Numbered from the stretch's first letter, positions 35,296 through 47,985 are shown. The stretch is DNA of 64,000 nucleotides from Nitrospirota bacterium (GCA_963749655.1 CAVVOB010000019.1:96001-160000); one strand, 5' to 3'. Numbers and translations: made by a program. Notes: a model not told the origin generated them from the sequence alone.

Positions 35296-37257
35296 TTACC
35301 AATTCACGAGCCCCACGATTTTTCGCATCATAATGATAACATCTCCGATGTCGACCTTGCCGTCGGGTGCAGGTTTTCCGTCCGGCCCGAGCGGCGCCAC
35401 ATCGCAGCGCCTGAGCATTACGGGATCCGTGATCAGCTCCATGCCCAGGGCATGTTTCAGGGCAATAATGACATCCGATAGGTCAACGGTGCCCGAATCG
35501 TTTGTATCACCCAGCTTTGCGTATACGATGTTTCGCTGTGCTGAAGCACTGTTCCCGGCCTCGTCCGTGGCTGTCACGATGACCACATGAGTGCCTTCCG
35601 CGGCAAAAGAGATGGTACTGCTGAAAGACCCCGCAGTCAGAGTCAATGCTGAAATAACGCCGTCGACCGACATGACCGCCGTGGCGGGAGTCAAAGAATC
35701 AGTGACCGTGCCTGTGATCGTAATGGTCGGCTGGGATACGGCGATATCGTGGCCCGGCGACGTTATCGAGACGCTCGGGAGCGTCGGATCGAACGTGACC
35801 GTACGTTTTCCTGATGATGCATTGCCGGCCAGGTCCGTAGCCTTGACGTCAATCGTATTCATCCCGTTGACCAGGGTCACTGCAGTCGAGAACGTCGCGC
35901 CGCTCATGACGGCTGTCTGCGTTGCTCCGCTGTTCAGGGCCACGGTGACCGTCGCGGTCTCGTCCACGGTCCCGGTGACCGTTGAGACGGGCTGGTTCGT
36001 CGTGCTGTTGTCCGCCGGAGACAGTATCGTGAGCGTCGGCGCTTTCTGATCCAAGGTGATCTTCCGGACGTCCGTGCTCGTGTTCCCTGCGGCGTCGGTG
36101 GCAACGGCGGTGATTGTATTCGTGCCCGCGCTCAGGACCATGGCATAGCTGAAGGTCGAGTCGGGGTTCACGGTAACGGTAACCTCGCTGATCACGAGGC
36201 TCTGGACCGTCATGTTGTCCGTGACCGTTCCGCTGATGTTCAGGACCGGATCGTTCGTTGTGCTGCTGTCCGGGAGGGTCGAAAGAACGAGCGTCGGCAA
36301 TGCAGTATCGTTAAACGTCGCCGATGCCGTTATCGGTGTTGCTGTCATGGTCACTGTACAGGCGCCCGTACCAGTGCACGCCCCGCCCCAGCCGGAGAAG
36401 ACGGATCCGTTGGTCGCGGCGGGAGTAAGCGTAACCTGCGTGCCGGCCACGAAACCGCCGGAGCAGACCGTGCCGCAGTTTATGCCTGCCGGCGCGCTGG
36501 TGATCGTTCCCGTGCCGGTGCCGGATGTTGTCACGGAGAGGCTATAGACACTGACGCCGAAGCTCGCGCTGATCGAGTGGTTCGCGCTGACGTTCGTGAA
36601 AGGATACGTGCTCGGCGCTCCGACGGACGATCCGTCCACGATCACGCCCGTAATGCTGTATCCTGGTGACGGCGCAATAACGCAGGTACTTGTGTCACCC
36701 GGGGTAACCGGATTCGGCGTGCACGTTATTGTTCCGCTTCCGGCAGAAACTGCGGTTGATATCGAGTACGCGTTCGGATTGAATTCCGCAGTCACTGCCG
36801 CGTCCGCATTCATGATGATGGTGCAGGAGCCGGCGCCGCTGCACGCGCCTGACCAGCCGGTGAAGTCGGAATTCGCTCCCGCTGCCGCGGTCAGGGTCAC
36901 CGTCGCGCCTTCGGCGTAGTACGCAGTGCCGGTGCTCCCGGTCCAGAGGATCGATCCGCTGTCCGGGGATACCGTGCCCGTGCCGGCCCCCGCTAGGGTC
37001 ACCAGCAGGTTGCGAAGGTCGGCTTCCTTACTGAGATAGCCGCCGCTGTTGGTATAGTTCGCGCTCGAAGAAGTCCCGCCGTCAACTGATTGTCCGAAGG
37101 TCGCATAGTTGCTGTAGTTCGCGGAAGCCGAGTCCCCCCCGCCGCTCGAAATCACATCGTCATCAATACGGTAGCTCGCGCTGGACATACCGTATGCGTG
37201 GCCTGTGAGCAGAACGGCAACGCAGCAGGCAAGTATGGTTGATCTGATCTTTTTCAT
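35296..37257 (-). CDS. Secreted Ig-like/InlB-B-repeat protein with C-terminal dockerin-like EF-hand pair
   Basis: VTLTA...FTGWSGACSG repeats; ATDxAGN Ig repeats; GDTNDSGTVDLSDV...DGKVDIGDV. Confidence 0.85.
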   Translation of the reverse strand: MKKIRSTILACCVAVLLTGHAYGMSSASYRIDDDVISSGGGDSASANYSNYATFGQSVDGGTSSSANYTNSGGYLSKEADLRNLLVTLAGAGTGTVSPDSGSILWTGSTGTAYYAEGATVTLTAAAGANSDFTGWSGACSGAGSCTIIMNADAAVTAEFNPNAYSISTAVSAGSGTITCTPNPVTPGDTSTCVIAPSPGYSITGVIVDGSSVGAPSTYPFTNVSANHSISASFGVSVYSLSVTTSGTGTGTITSAPAGINCGTVCSGGFVAGTQVTLTPAATNGSVFSGWGGACTGTGACTVTMTATPITASATFNDTALPTLVLSTLPDSSTTNDPVLNISGTVTDNMTVQSLVISEVTVTVNPDSTFSYAMVLSAGTNTITAVATDAAGNTSTDVRKITLDQKAPTLTILSPADNSTTNQPVSTVTGTVDETATVTVALNSGATQTAVMSGATFSTAVTLVNGMNTIDVKATDLAGNASSGKRTVTFDPTLPSVSITSPGHDIAVSQPTITITGTVTDSLTPATAVMSVDGVISALTLTAGSFSSTISFAAEGTHVVIVTATDEAGNSASAQRNIVYAKLGDTNDSGTVDLSDVIIALKHALGMELITDPVMLRRCDVAPLGPDGKPAPDGKVDIGDVIIMMRKIVGLVNW

Positions 37258-39746
37258 GGCAATACCCCCGTTCGTTGACACTGCTTTACCGCGCTGCGCA
37301 TGCTTCTGTATGGAGACACGCCCCCTGCTCCTGCTTCAGGTTTATTCTGTTCAACAGGAATCCGGTGAGCCTCGGCATAAGCGTCCTTTCTTATGCCTGT
37401 CACCTGCCAGGAGACAATCGTCCTCGGAATACTGGTACGAATCATGAATGTGTTGCCCGCAATGCCTTTCACGACTTTGGCAAGTGCGAATTCCCCGCTG
37501 CCTGTTTCATCCACGATCGTGAGTTGATATCTGAAATCCTTGTTCAATGCCTCGAACCACTCGGGAAGCACAACGGTTGCGTACCCCTGATCATCTGTCG
37601 TTGCCAAACCGTTATAGATGTTCATCATGTCCGGCGATTCGACAAAGGAGTGGTAGAGATACTCTTGTTCTTCGGATCGAGCGGGTGGTCGATCTTGAAC
37701 GAGCCCCCGCCCTTATTGAGCATGCCTTCCACCGTCATGTCCCCGGTGACGATCACTTGACTGCCGAATGCCCCGCCGAACCTTACCTGAGCAGCATTGA
37801 TGCCGAGCGTGCCCCAGGTGCTGGTGTCATAATCGTATGCCTGTATGAGCCCGCTGTTATATAAGCTGTCGTAATTCATCTCGATCCCGCTTCCGGTCGA
37901 AGGCGAGGTCGGACTCGGAGTTCCGTGAACGCGGAAGGTGTTCGCGACATCGAGGGTCGCACCCGGTGTTGTGGTGCCGATGCCGACGTTGCCGCCGGAA
38001 ACAACAAGCTGGTTCGTTCCGATTGCCAGTCCATTCGTCGGTAAATTGAGCGCGCCGGTCATGGTATCGCCCGCTTTACTGACCACGTTCATCCCTGACA
38101 GATTGATGTTGGTCAAGCCCGAGCCGTCGCCGCTAAACCCAGCTGCCCGTAATCACTCCGCTCGAAATTAGGCCGTTTACAGTCAGCGCGCCGGTCATGA
38201 TGTCGCCGGCTTTGCTCACCACGCCGGAGAGATCCAATTTTGCCGCCGAGATCGGACCGGTTATCTTCGCGTCGGTCACTGCTCCGTCTGCTAACTGCGC
38301 AGTGCCTACGGCCCCGTCAACTAGCTGCTCGCTGCCCACGCTCTTAACACCAAGGATTGCCCCCGCGTTAGACAACTTCTGCACATTATTATCTAAAGAA
38401 TTTATAACCCACATGTTTGTGCCGTCAAACGCGAGGGCTGAGGGTCCGCGTCCGACAGGAATCGAGCTGCTCGCGGCCCCGGTAGACGGATTGATCTTTT
38501 GCACGCTGTTGCCGGCATAATTCGCCACCCATATGCTCGTGCCGTCATACGCCAGCGCTGCGGGACTAGAGAAACCGTTGATGGTCAGCAAAACCACGCC
38601 TGTCACGATGTCGATTTTTTGAACACTGTTGCTGCCCGAATTCGCCACCCACATGCTCGTGCCGTCAGACGCGAGCGCGGAGGGATTAATGCCGACAGAG
38701 ATGGTAGTGACCACTGTCTCGCTAATCACATCAATCTTTTGCACACTGTTACTGCCGGAATTCGCCACCCACATACCTTCGCCGCCGTCGTACGCCAGCG
38801 CGGAAGGATTAATGCCGACGAATATCGGGCCACCGAAAGATCCAGTAGCACAGCGACCGTAACCTGGTGGACACGCGCCGAGATTTCTCTGCACTGTATT
38901 GCTGCCATAGTTTGCCACCCACACGCCCCAAGCGTCACTGGCAAGAGCTTTAGGCCCTGATCCAACTGGAACTGTTTGCTGAACCTTTTCCTCTAAAAGA
39001 TTCGTGGAAGGATTTCTTCGCGTGAAGATTTGCTGCACGGTATTGCTGCTATAATTTGCTACCCACTGAGCGTTGCCTTCAACGCTGCCGTCAAAAGCTA
39101 AAGCTGAGGGATGCGAGCTAACAGTAAATTGGCTTATTAGTGCACCAGTGGACGGATTGAGCTTCAGTACCGTATCGTCTCCCGAATTTGCAACCCACAT
39201 ACTGCCACCGTCAAACGCTAGGGCGACGGGCGTGGACCCTACAGCATAGGTGCTGCTTATGCTGTTTACCGCGCCCCACTGCAAAGTCGCAATTTGCATT
39301 GTTGTTGCCTTCGGAACGGTTGTGTTAAGGTACCGTGCATCGAGCGTCATTGTCAGCGAACTGCTGAGGTTGTCGACCTCTATTGCGCGAAAGGCATAAG
39401 GGGCTGTTGTCAACAGCTGCCGAGGCACCATCTCCTCGTCCGTGCCCACGGTCACGCCAAGGTAATACTGCGCGTCGAAAGACAGATTAATCGGCGTCAC
39501 GCTGCCGAGCACCACGCTGTACTTTCCCGCGCTCACGGTCACGGTCGGATGCGTTTCTATCCAGAGCGCGGGGGTAAGCGTGTCCGTTTCTGAACTGTAG
39601 AGTTTGAACGTCATAGAGACCGCTCCGTTCACAGGCCCTCCCGCGGACTTAAGCATGCCCTGGTAGTTAATGGTCTGCGGCGGCGCAGGGTAAGCCGCAG
39701 TCGCGCACAACAGTACGATCATCAATCCGATCAACTTCGTATTCAT
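37254..39746 (-). CDS. Secreted tail-fibre-like protein A (INYQG domain + YncE-type propeller + beta-repeat stalk + FKIDHPLDP tail), frameshifted
   Basis: Internal start MNTKLIGL with GGAGGG RBS; ORF pieces 38133.., 37625.. and 37254.. Confidence 0.75.
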
Positions 39747-39749
39747 AAC

Positions 39750-42700
39750 GCCCTCCTCATCATTTTCACATCTTTTCGGAGCAGTTTCATACGCATCCCG
39801 ATGAAGATAGGTCCCGCGCTCGCCCGCCGGCTTGTCCTCTTCCACCGGTATCCGGTGTTTTTCCGCATAGGGATCCTTGCGGATGCCGGTCACCTGCCAG
39901 GAGACCTTCATGTTCGGAACGTCCGTCTCAATGACGAACCTGTTATTCACTATCTCTTCTGCAATTCGCGCTCTTGCCCATGATCCGCTGCCGACAATCG
40001 TCAATTGATACCGGAAGTCCCGGTTCAATGCTTCGAACCATTCGGGCATGACCACCGTTGCGAAACCCCGGTCATCGGTCGTTACAACCCCGTCGTAGAT
40101 GTTCTTCATGTCCGGCGACTCTACAAAGGAGTGGTAGAGATATTTGTTCTTCGGGTCGAGCGGATGGTCGATCTTGAACGAGCCGCCGCCTTTATTCAGC
40201 ATCCCCTCCACCGTCATGTCTCCGGTAACGATCACTTGACTTCCGAATGCCCCCCCGAACCTTACCTGCGCTGCATTGATGCCGAGTGTGCCCCAGGTGC
40301 TGGTGTCATAATCGTATGCCTGTATGATCCCGTTGTTATATGAGCTGTCGTAGTTCATCTCGATCCCGCTTCCGGTTGCAGGCGAGGTCGGACCCGGGGT
40401 GCCGAGAACCCGGAACGTGTTCGCAACATCGAGGGTCGCACCCGGCGTAGTCGTGCCGATGCCGACCTTGACCGCATTTGCGCCTGTGCCGCCGAGCACC
40501 AGGCTGTTGCTCGCGCCGACGATGGCATTCGCGCCGATGGCCGTGGCATTGGTCAGGCTGCTTGAGGCGACATTTGCATTCGCTCCGATTGCGGTATTAT
40601 TGAAACCTTCTACATTGGCTGTGAGAGCGCTGCTTCCGATGCCGGTATTATTGCTGCTGGTTACTGTAGAGGCGAGTGCATTAAAGCCGGCTGCAGTGTT
40701 GCCGAAACCCGAAGTGTTTGCCGACAACGCATGGGGACCGATGCTGGTGTTCTGTTGCCCTGATGTGTTGAAGAGGGCGCATGCGAGCCCACGCCTGTTC
40801 TCCCCACCGGTCAGGGACTGGTTCCCTGCGCCGATGCCGGCAAAAAAGTTATGCAATCCGAACGTATGGATCAGGGAGCCTGTTCCCTGCCGGATCAGTC
40901 CGCCGACCTCGGTTGTGGGATAGGTGAGCGTCAGCACCGGCACTGTGAGGTTCCCGGTCATCGTGTCGCCTGTTTTGCTCACCGCGTTCGTACCTGACAG
41001 GTTGATGTTGGTCAGGCCCGAGCCGTCGCCGCTGAACCCGGCTGCCGTGACCGTGCCGCTCGATGCCAGACCGCTCACGTTCACGGTTCCCGCGATATAC
41101 GCCTGGGTCTGTCCGCTGCCGATCCTCGTGACATTCGATTCACCGGCCACGCCGAGAACGTTCGAGCCGATATATATATTGTTATATCCGGTTGTTTGAT
41201 TGTATCCGGCATGATAGCCCAGAGCGACATTCCCACTTCCTGTCGTTTGTGAAAGAAGTGCCCATCGTCCTATTGCCGTATTATTCGAACCAGATTGGTT
41301 GTAATACATAGCGGACTCCCCGATCGCTGTATTTCGTGTGCCGGAATTAAAATACATCACGTTGTATCCAATTGCGGTAGTATCATCTGTATTGCCGAGA
41401 AAGAGCGCCATGGAGCCAACAGCAGTATTGTGTACACCGCTACCTCTTGAATGCGCCCGATACCCTATCGCTGTGTTATTACCCGAAGTAGGATCATTAG
41501 TTTCTTGCGTGAGAGCCTCGTAACCAATGGCGGTATTATTATTGCTTACCGTGTTCCTCATAAGGGCGCTGTCGCCTAATGCCGTGTTATAGGCTCCGGT
41601 CGTGTTATTCGTCAGTGCATTTAGACCTATAGCCGTATTGCTTCCATCGCCATGTGTCTCAGGTTGCCAGCTCCCGGACCTACAAAGAAATTATTATTTC
41701 CAAAACCATAAGTCTGGAAAGTATTTGTGGTATGGATAAGGGTCGTAGCTCCTGAATAGATTATCCCCATGGTACTTGTCCCAGAGGAAAGAATGAGGTT
41801 GCCGGGAATTGTCACGTTCGCATTGACGTCCCACATCAGCGCCGCTTGTTGGCCCCTTCCCCCTCCTGTTGTGCCGAGAACGCCGCCTGTATCCCCATAG
41901 AGAGCGGGACCGTTCACATTAGCACCAGCAAATAGCTTCCCCGTGCCATACCAGCCCAATCCGTGATTACGATCTGCCCGCAAGTAGACATCAGCATCGT
42001 TTATCCGGATGTTTCCATTGACATCAAGCCTTTCAATCGGCGTCGCGGTCCCGATTCCGACGTTGCCGCCCGAAGCAACAAGCTGGTTCGTCCCGATTGC
42101 CAGTCCATTTGCCGGCAAGGTGAGCGCGCCGGTCATGGTATCGCCGGATTTACTCACGACGCCTGTGAGGTCCAGTTTTGCAGCCGAAATCGGTCCGGTT
42201 ATCTTTGCGTCGGTCACGGCACCGTCGGCCAACTCGGTGCTGCCCACAGCAGGTCGTGTCTAGCATGCCCACAGCCCCGCTCACAATATAGTCGCTGCCG
42301 ACTGTCCGCGCCAACAGGCACGCCTGCGTTTGCCAATTTCTTCACCGTGTTGCTGAAGTGCTCGCCGCCGGACGTTGGTGCCGTCAAAGGCGATCACGCT
42401 CGGAGCAATCCCGGAAATGATTAGCTCGAAGACCATAGAGACATTGAGATTATAAATTCTTCATATTCAAATTCCCCAACCCACCAGTTTGTTCCGTCAA
42501 AAGCTAGTCCAACAGGGCCGATTTAATCCGTCAAATCCAGAGTCCATCGTGTCATCGTGACAGGATCAATCTTGTATAGCTTACCATATATCATTTGTGC
42601 CCCTGGTCCAGGTGCTGAGCCCACTCAGACTGAACCTATTGAACATATCCCCAGATGTTTGTTCCGTGGAACGAGTTACAGGAGTCTGGATCGTGGAGGA

Positions 42701-43671
42701 TTAAAGAGAGTCATTGTTTTGCTCGCGTTGTTAGGTTGTCGATCATTGTTTGCATCCAGACCCGGATGTGTCCGTTCCATAGAAGACGAGGGCGTAGGAT
42801 TTCGTGCTGCTGATCGTTCTCTCGACCGCGTTGGTAGAAATAGTGATCTTCTGCACGTTATTACCCCCGGTATTTGCCGCCCACATGCTCGTACCGTCAA
42901 ATACAAGGGCCACGGGATTAGCACTAACCGTGGCTGTGCTTGACGATCCCGACGATTCAGAGGATTGATCTTCGTCGGCTGTTGCTGCCGTCATTCGCCG
43001 CCCAGATGCTTGTGCCGTCAAAGGCGGGGCTTCAGGATTGGCGCCAACAGCAATCGTACTTTCAACTGCACTCGTGGCTGCATTGATCTTCTGCACAGTA
43101 TTATCGCCGCTATTGGCCACCCACATGCTCGTGCCATCAAAAGCAGTGCTGCGGCTGACTGCCAAATCCGGATTTATATACTTCCGCTGCTTACCACGCC
43201 CCATTGCAAAGTCGCAATCTGCAAGGTTGTTGCTTTCGGAACATTATGTTAAGGTACCGTGCGTCGAGCGTCATTGTCGGCCGGAACTGCTGAGGTTGTC
43301 GCCCTGCTGTTGCGCGGAAGGGCGTGGGCGGTGCGTCGGCCGCTGCCGAGGCACCATCTCCTCGTCCGTGCCCACGGCCACGCCGAGGTAATACTGCGCG
43401 TCGAAGGGCGGATTGATCGGCGTTACGCTGCCAGGACGACGCTGTACTTTCCCGCGCTCACGGTCACGGTCCGATCCGATACGATCCACAGCGCCGGTTT
43501 CGCGTGTCCGTTTCTGAACTGTGGAGTTTGAAGGTCATAGAGACCACTCCGTTACACACGCCCTCCCACGGACTTGAGCATGCCCTGGTAGTTAATGGTC
43601 TACGGCGCACAGGATAAGCCGCAGTCGCGCCGAACAGCGCGACCGTCGAACCCGATCAGCATCCTGTTCAT
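39750..43671 (-). CDS. Secreted tail-fibre-like protein B (paralog with NTAIG beta-helix repeats), heavily frameshifted 5' half
   Basis: Start MNRMLIG at 43671 is homologous to 39746; NTAIGxxAL repeats, GNVGIGT, and C-terminal FKIDHPLDPKNKYLYHSFVESPDM. Confidence 0.7.
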
Positions 43672-43679
43672 AACGCCCT

Positions 43680-45539
43680 TCCTAATAGCTTTTACCACAT
43701 CTTTTCGCCGAGAGCTGTTTAGTTTACGCATCCCGATGGAGATAGGTCCCGCGCTCGCTCCGGGGCTTACCGCTCCACCGGATGCCGCTGTTTTACGGCA
43801 TAGGTCTTCATGGATGCCAGTTACCTGCCTGGAGACCTTCATGTTCGGAACGTCCGTCTCAATGACAGTAAGACAGCAGACCTCGCAGCTGAACCGAACG
43901 TCTGAAGTCCCGGCAATGCAATCAGAACTTAGCACCTTCGTCGTGAGCACCGGGTCCGCTGTCACCGATTCATCGAGGCCGATGCTGTTGGCATCGGAGC
44001 CCCATGCCGGAGCCCGTCCCGTCACTACTGACTGCGATCGAATGCGCTTCACCAGTGGAAGAACCCCCACGATCTGGTCGGCCCGAGCGCCTGGACCAGG
44101 TAGAGTTGCAGATACGACATGTCGGTTTACCAGTCGCAGTTCACGGTGCTGCCGGTCGTGCCGTCCCCGAGCACCCCGAAGTTGTTGCCCAGCCCCGGAC
44201 CGTTCCATCGTTCTTGAGCGCCAGCGCATACACTTCCGAGGCGGTCCGATCCTGTCCGTCACGACGCTCACCCGCGCCTGAAAAGGTCGAGCAGCCTGGC
44301 AGCAGCGACACGAGCGCCGAGGTCGGGATCGAATGTGCTCGTGGCGCCGCAGGTGTGCCGTTGCCGAACACGCCCGAATTGTTCCAGCCCCAGCCAGCAC
44401 GTTGCCGCTGTTGTTCACGGCCACACCGGAGGGCGTATCCTGCCGCGATGGAGGTGATGTTCGAGTCCATGGAGCTGAACAGCGTTGCCGCGTCGTCGAA
44501 GCACTCCGCACCGCAGGCGCCCGCCACGTTGTCGTCGGCAGGTTCATAATCCCGATCGCATCCCCAGCCCAGGACCGTGCCGTCGCTCTTGAGCGCCGAG
44601 GCCCCCCATCGAACCCTGATCGTCGTCTCCGGCCACAATAGCGATCACGTTTGTCTGACCCGACACTTTAACCGGGTGCGTACTGTCGGTTTCGTTTCCA
44701 TCACCCAGCTCTCCCGACCACGTTATCCCCCCACGCATAAACCGTCCCGTCGCTTGCGAGGGCAAGGCTGTGATAGCTGCCTGCGGCGACAGCAGAGATG
44801 GTGACGCCGGTCGAGCGCCCAGCATACTCACGAGGACCGGCGTCATACTGGCCGTCGCGGTCCCGTCCCCCAGCTCACCGTAGAAATTCTGTCCCCAGGC
44901 ATAGATCTTGTTGTCTGCATCAACAGCCAGCGTGTGTTCTTCGCCGGTTACGATCATTTTGATCACCGTGGATGCTGGTATGGAAACCATCGCCGGTATC
45001 GGGTCTGAACATGACGAGGCCGATGTCCCTGCCCATGCCCAGGTTCGTATTTTCTCCCAGGACCAGTACATGCCGTCGTTCTGCAGGGCTACGTTATGAG
45101 GCCTCCGGCCTTGATGTCCAGGTTCGTCTTTCCTTGTGAAGGTCCACGTATACGCCGAAGCGAGCGTTTCCTGCACTGTCCCTGGCTGCAGTCGTAATCG
45201 TGTGGCTGGTAGGAGTATCATAATCCAGGCGCGAGCTTTCGGCGTGTTCGTTGCGGAGGCCGCGGCTGCGTGCCGTCGGACACCGTGCCCATCATTGGCA
45301 TGCCATTCTTCGTCACTACGAAGCTTGATGCTGATCGTGCCGCTGTCCATGCCCTCACTGAAGTTTCCGCCTTAATCAGCATGACTCACGCTGTTCTTTG
45401 CGAGCTGTGCGCGGGTGAAGTCGAAAGCACTGTCGGTCCCGTCTTGTCGGGAGTTGACGTGCTGCTCCCGCTGCAACCGTGAAAACAAGAGCGACGAGCT
45501 AAACACGGATGACATCAGATAGTACGATAAGCTTTTCAT
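43680..45539 (-). pseudogene. Fragmented Ig-like + RCC1-repeat protein ending in a copy of the tail-fibre C-terminal tail
   Basis: GEEHTLAV...AWGQNFYGELGDG and ALKSDGTVLGWG in several frames; IETDVPNMKVS.QVTGI near 43860. May be poor consensus rather than a true pseudogene. Confidence 0.55.
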
Positions 45540-45616
45540 ATCTCTTTCTCCTCTCTGCGTTCTGAATCGGATACCGGCGCCGCTGGGCGCCGGTGAGCTG
45601 TTTATTGATAGTTGCC

Positions 45617-47934
45617 TCAGGTAGTGATGGCAACAGATCTGGTCCCCGTCGCGACGGTAGGCGAAGTCATGGAGGTAAGCGCCCCGTTCGCATCAATCAC
45701 ATACTGCAAGACGCTGTTGCCGCTGTTCGTTACGTAGACGTACCTGCCCGAGGGGTCGATTACAACAGAGTTGGGATTCGTCCCTGCCGCGACCGTCGGG
45801 GTGGTCATTGGTGTGAGCGCCCCATCCGCGCCGATCAAGTACTGCGAAACGTCGTTGCTCATATAGTTCGCCACGTAGACGTGTTTGCCCACGGGGTCGA
45901 CTGCGACTGAGTAAGGCCATGTCCCCGCCGCGACCGTTGAGGCGATCATGGGAATGAGCGCCCCATCAGCTCTGATCGTGTATTGCGAGACGTTGACACT
46001 GGCGTTCGCCACATAGGCGTATCTGCGAGGGGTCGATTGCAAGGGAAACGGGAAACGTTCCTGCCGCGGCCGTCGGAGTGGTCATGGAGGTCAATGAGCC
46101 GTCACCGTTGATCACGTACTGCGACGGTATTGTTGCCATAGTTCGTCACGTAGGCGGAACCTGCCAGGGGCCTAACGTGACTGACGAGGGGTTCGTTCCC
46201 GCTGCGACCGTAGCGGTGGCCATGGAGGTCAATGAGCCGTTCGCGTTGATCACGTACTGTGAGACGTCGTTGCTGAACCAGTTCGCCACGTAGGCGTACT
46301 TGCCCGAGGGGCTACGGTGACTGACGAGGGGCTTGTCCCCGCCGCGACCGTAGGCGTGGTCATAGATGTGAGCAACCCATCCGCGCCGATCGTATACTGC
46401 GACACGGTATTGCTTCCGGTCACCACATCGGCGTACCTGCCCGAGGGGTCAGCTGCGATGGAGGAAGACTTTTCGCCGTGACTGTGGGAGTGGTCATGGA
46501 AGCGAGCACGCCATTCGCGCCGATCATGTACTGCGAGACGCTGTTGTTGCCGTAGTTCGCGGCGTACGCGTACTTCGCCACCGCAGCAGCCGGACTCGCG
46601 CCATAACTGATCGCCAGAGAAACAGGCTCGGCGTGTGTGGCGACGGAGACCGGCGAATTCGCTGTGAGCGACCCATCCGCGCCTATCAAATACTGAGAAA
46701 CGTCGTTGCTCGAAGAGTTCGCCGCGTAAACGTACTTGCCCGAAGGGTCGACCGTGAGAGCAAAGGGGGCATTCCCCGCTGCGATTGTAGGGGTGACCAT
46801 AGAGGTGAGAGCCCCGTCTGCGCCGATCACATATTGCGAGACGCTGTTGCTGTTAACGTTCGTCACGTATGCGTACTTGCCCAAGGGATCGATTCTGACG
46901 TAGGAAGGGGCCGCTTCAGCTGCGACCGTGGGAGTCGTCATGGATATCAGCCCCCCGTTCGCACCGATCGTGTACTGCGAGACGGTCTTGCTTCCTCTGT
47001 TGGCCACGTAGGCGAACCTGCCCGAGGGGTCGATTGCGACGGAATAAGGAACCATATCCGCCGCGACCGTGGGGCTCGTCATGGATATGAGATTTCCGTT
47101 CGCTCCGATCAGGTACTGCGAAACGTCGTTGCTTCCGCTGTTCGCCGCGTAGACGAACTTTCCGGAAGGATCGACCGCAACTGACTCGGGAAACGTGCCC
47201 GTCGCGACCGTGGGGGTAGCCATGGAAATGAGCGCCCCATCTGCGCCGATCACGTACTGTGAGACGTCGTTGCTGCTGTTGTTTACTACATAGACATATC
47301 TGCCTGAGGGATCGACCGTAACTGACTCCGGATTCGTCCCGGCTGCGATCGTAGGAGCAGTCATGGAGGCGAGCGTCCCATCCGCGCCGATCGTGTACTG
47401 CGAGACGTTGTTGCTGTAGAAGTTAGCCACGTAAACGAATCTGCCCGAGGGGTCGATCGCGACGAAACTGGGGCCCGTCCCGGCGGCGACCTTGTTGATC
47501 CATTTGAGCCGGCCCGTTGCAGCATCAACTGCATAGGTGGAAACGCTGTCTTCAGCCTGATCCGCAACATAGGCGAAACGCGGATAATCCGTCGCGCAGG
47601 AGACAACCGTGCTGATATTTGCGCCTGAAACAGCGCCGGTGCCGCCGCTCACCGTACAGGTCTGCATGGGGCTTCTCGGCCGGACTTTAATGGTGACTGC
47701 GTAATTCGAGCCGTCTTGGAGCGAAACGGTAAAAACGAACGGCCCGTCTGCTGAAATTGCAAGGTCGTCGCCTCCGTTGTTCTGCAGGACGAGTCCGGAA
47801 CCCGCCAGTCCGGTCACGCTGCCTCCTACGGTAAAGCTTGCCGGTCCAGCATTATTGCCGCCTCCTCCACTGCAGGCTGCGAGAATGCAGGACAGGAAAA
47901 ACAACGCGCTTACCAGTGCGACGAATCTTTTCAT
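45617..47934 (-). CDS. Lactonase-like double beta-propeller lipoprotein, frameshifted at about 46000-46470
   Basis: Lipobox LAAC; about 14 repeats of roughly 47 aa (DPSGxxxYVAN...VSQYxIGADG). Confidence 0.85.
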
Positions 47935-47985
47935 GACAATCCTCCCATTCATGTCTTTACCGTCATTTTGTTTTGATCACGATGT

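Noticed and set aside
37640-40460. Diversity-generating retroelement TR/VR pair
   Set aside because: Differences between the duplicated blocks are mostly synonymous and not adenine-specific, and no reverse transcriptase is present.
38133-41561. Single 1142-aa fusion protein as given in the ORF track
   Set aside because: An internal RBS, ATG and signal peptide at 39746 mirror the gene start at 43671; the read-through is probably due to an indel near 39760.
37254-43671. Prophage tail region
   Set aside because: The fibre-like proteins have signal peptides and there are no capsid, terminase, baseplate or integrase genes.
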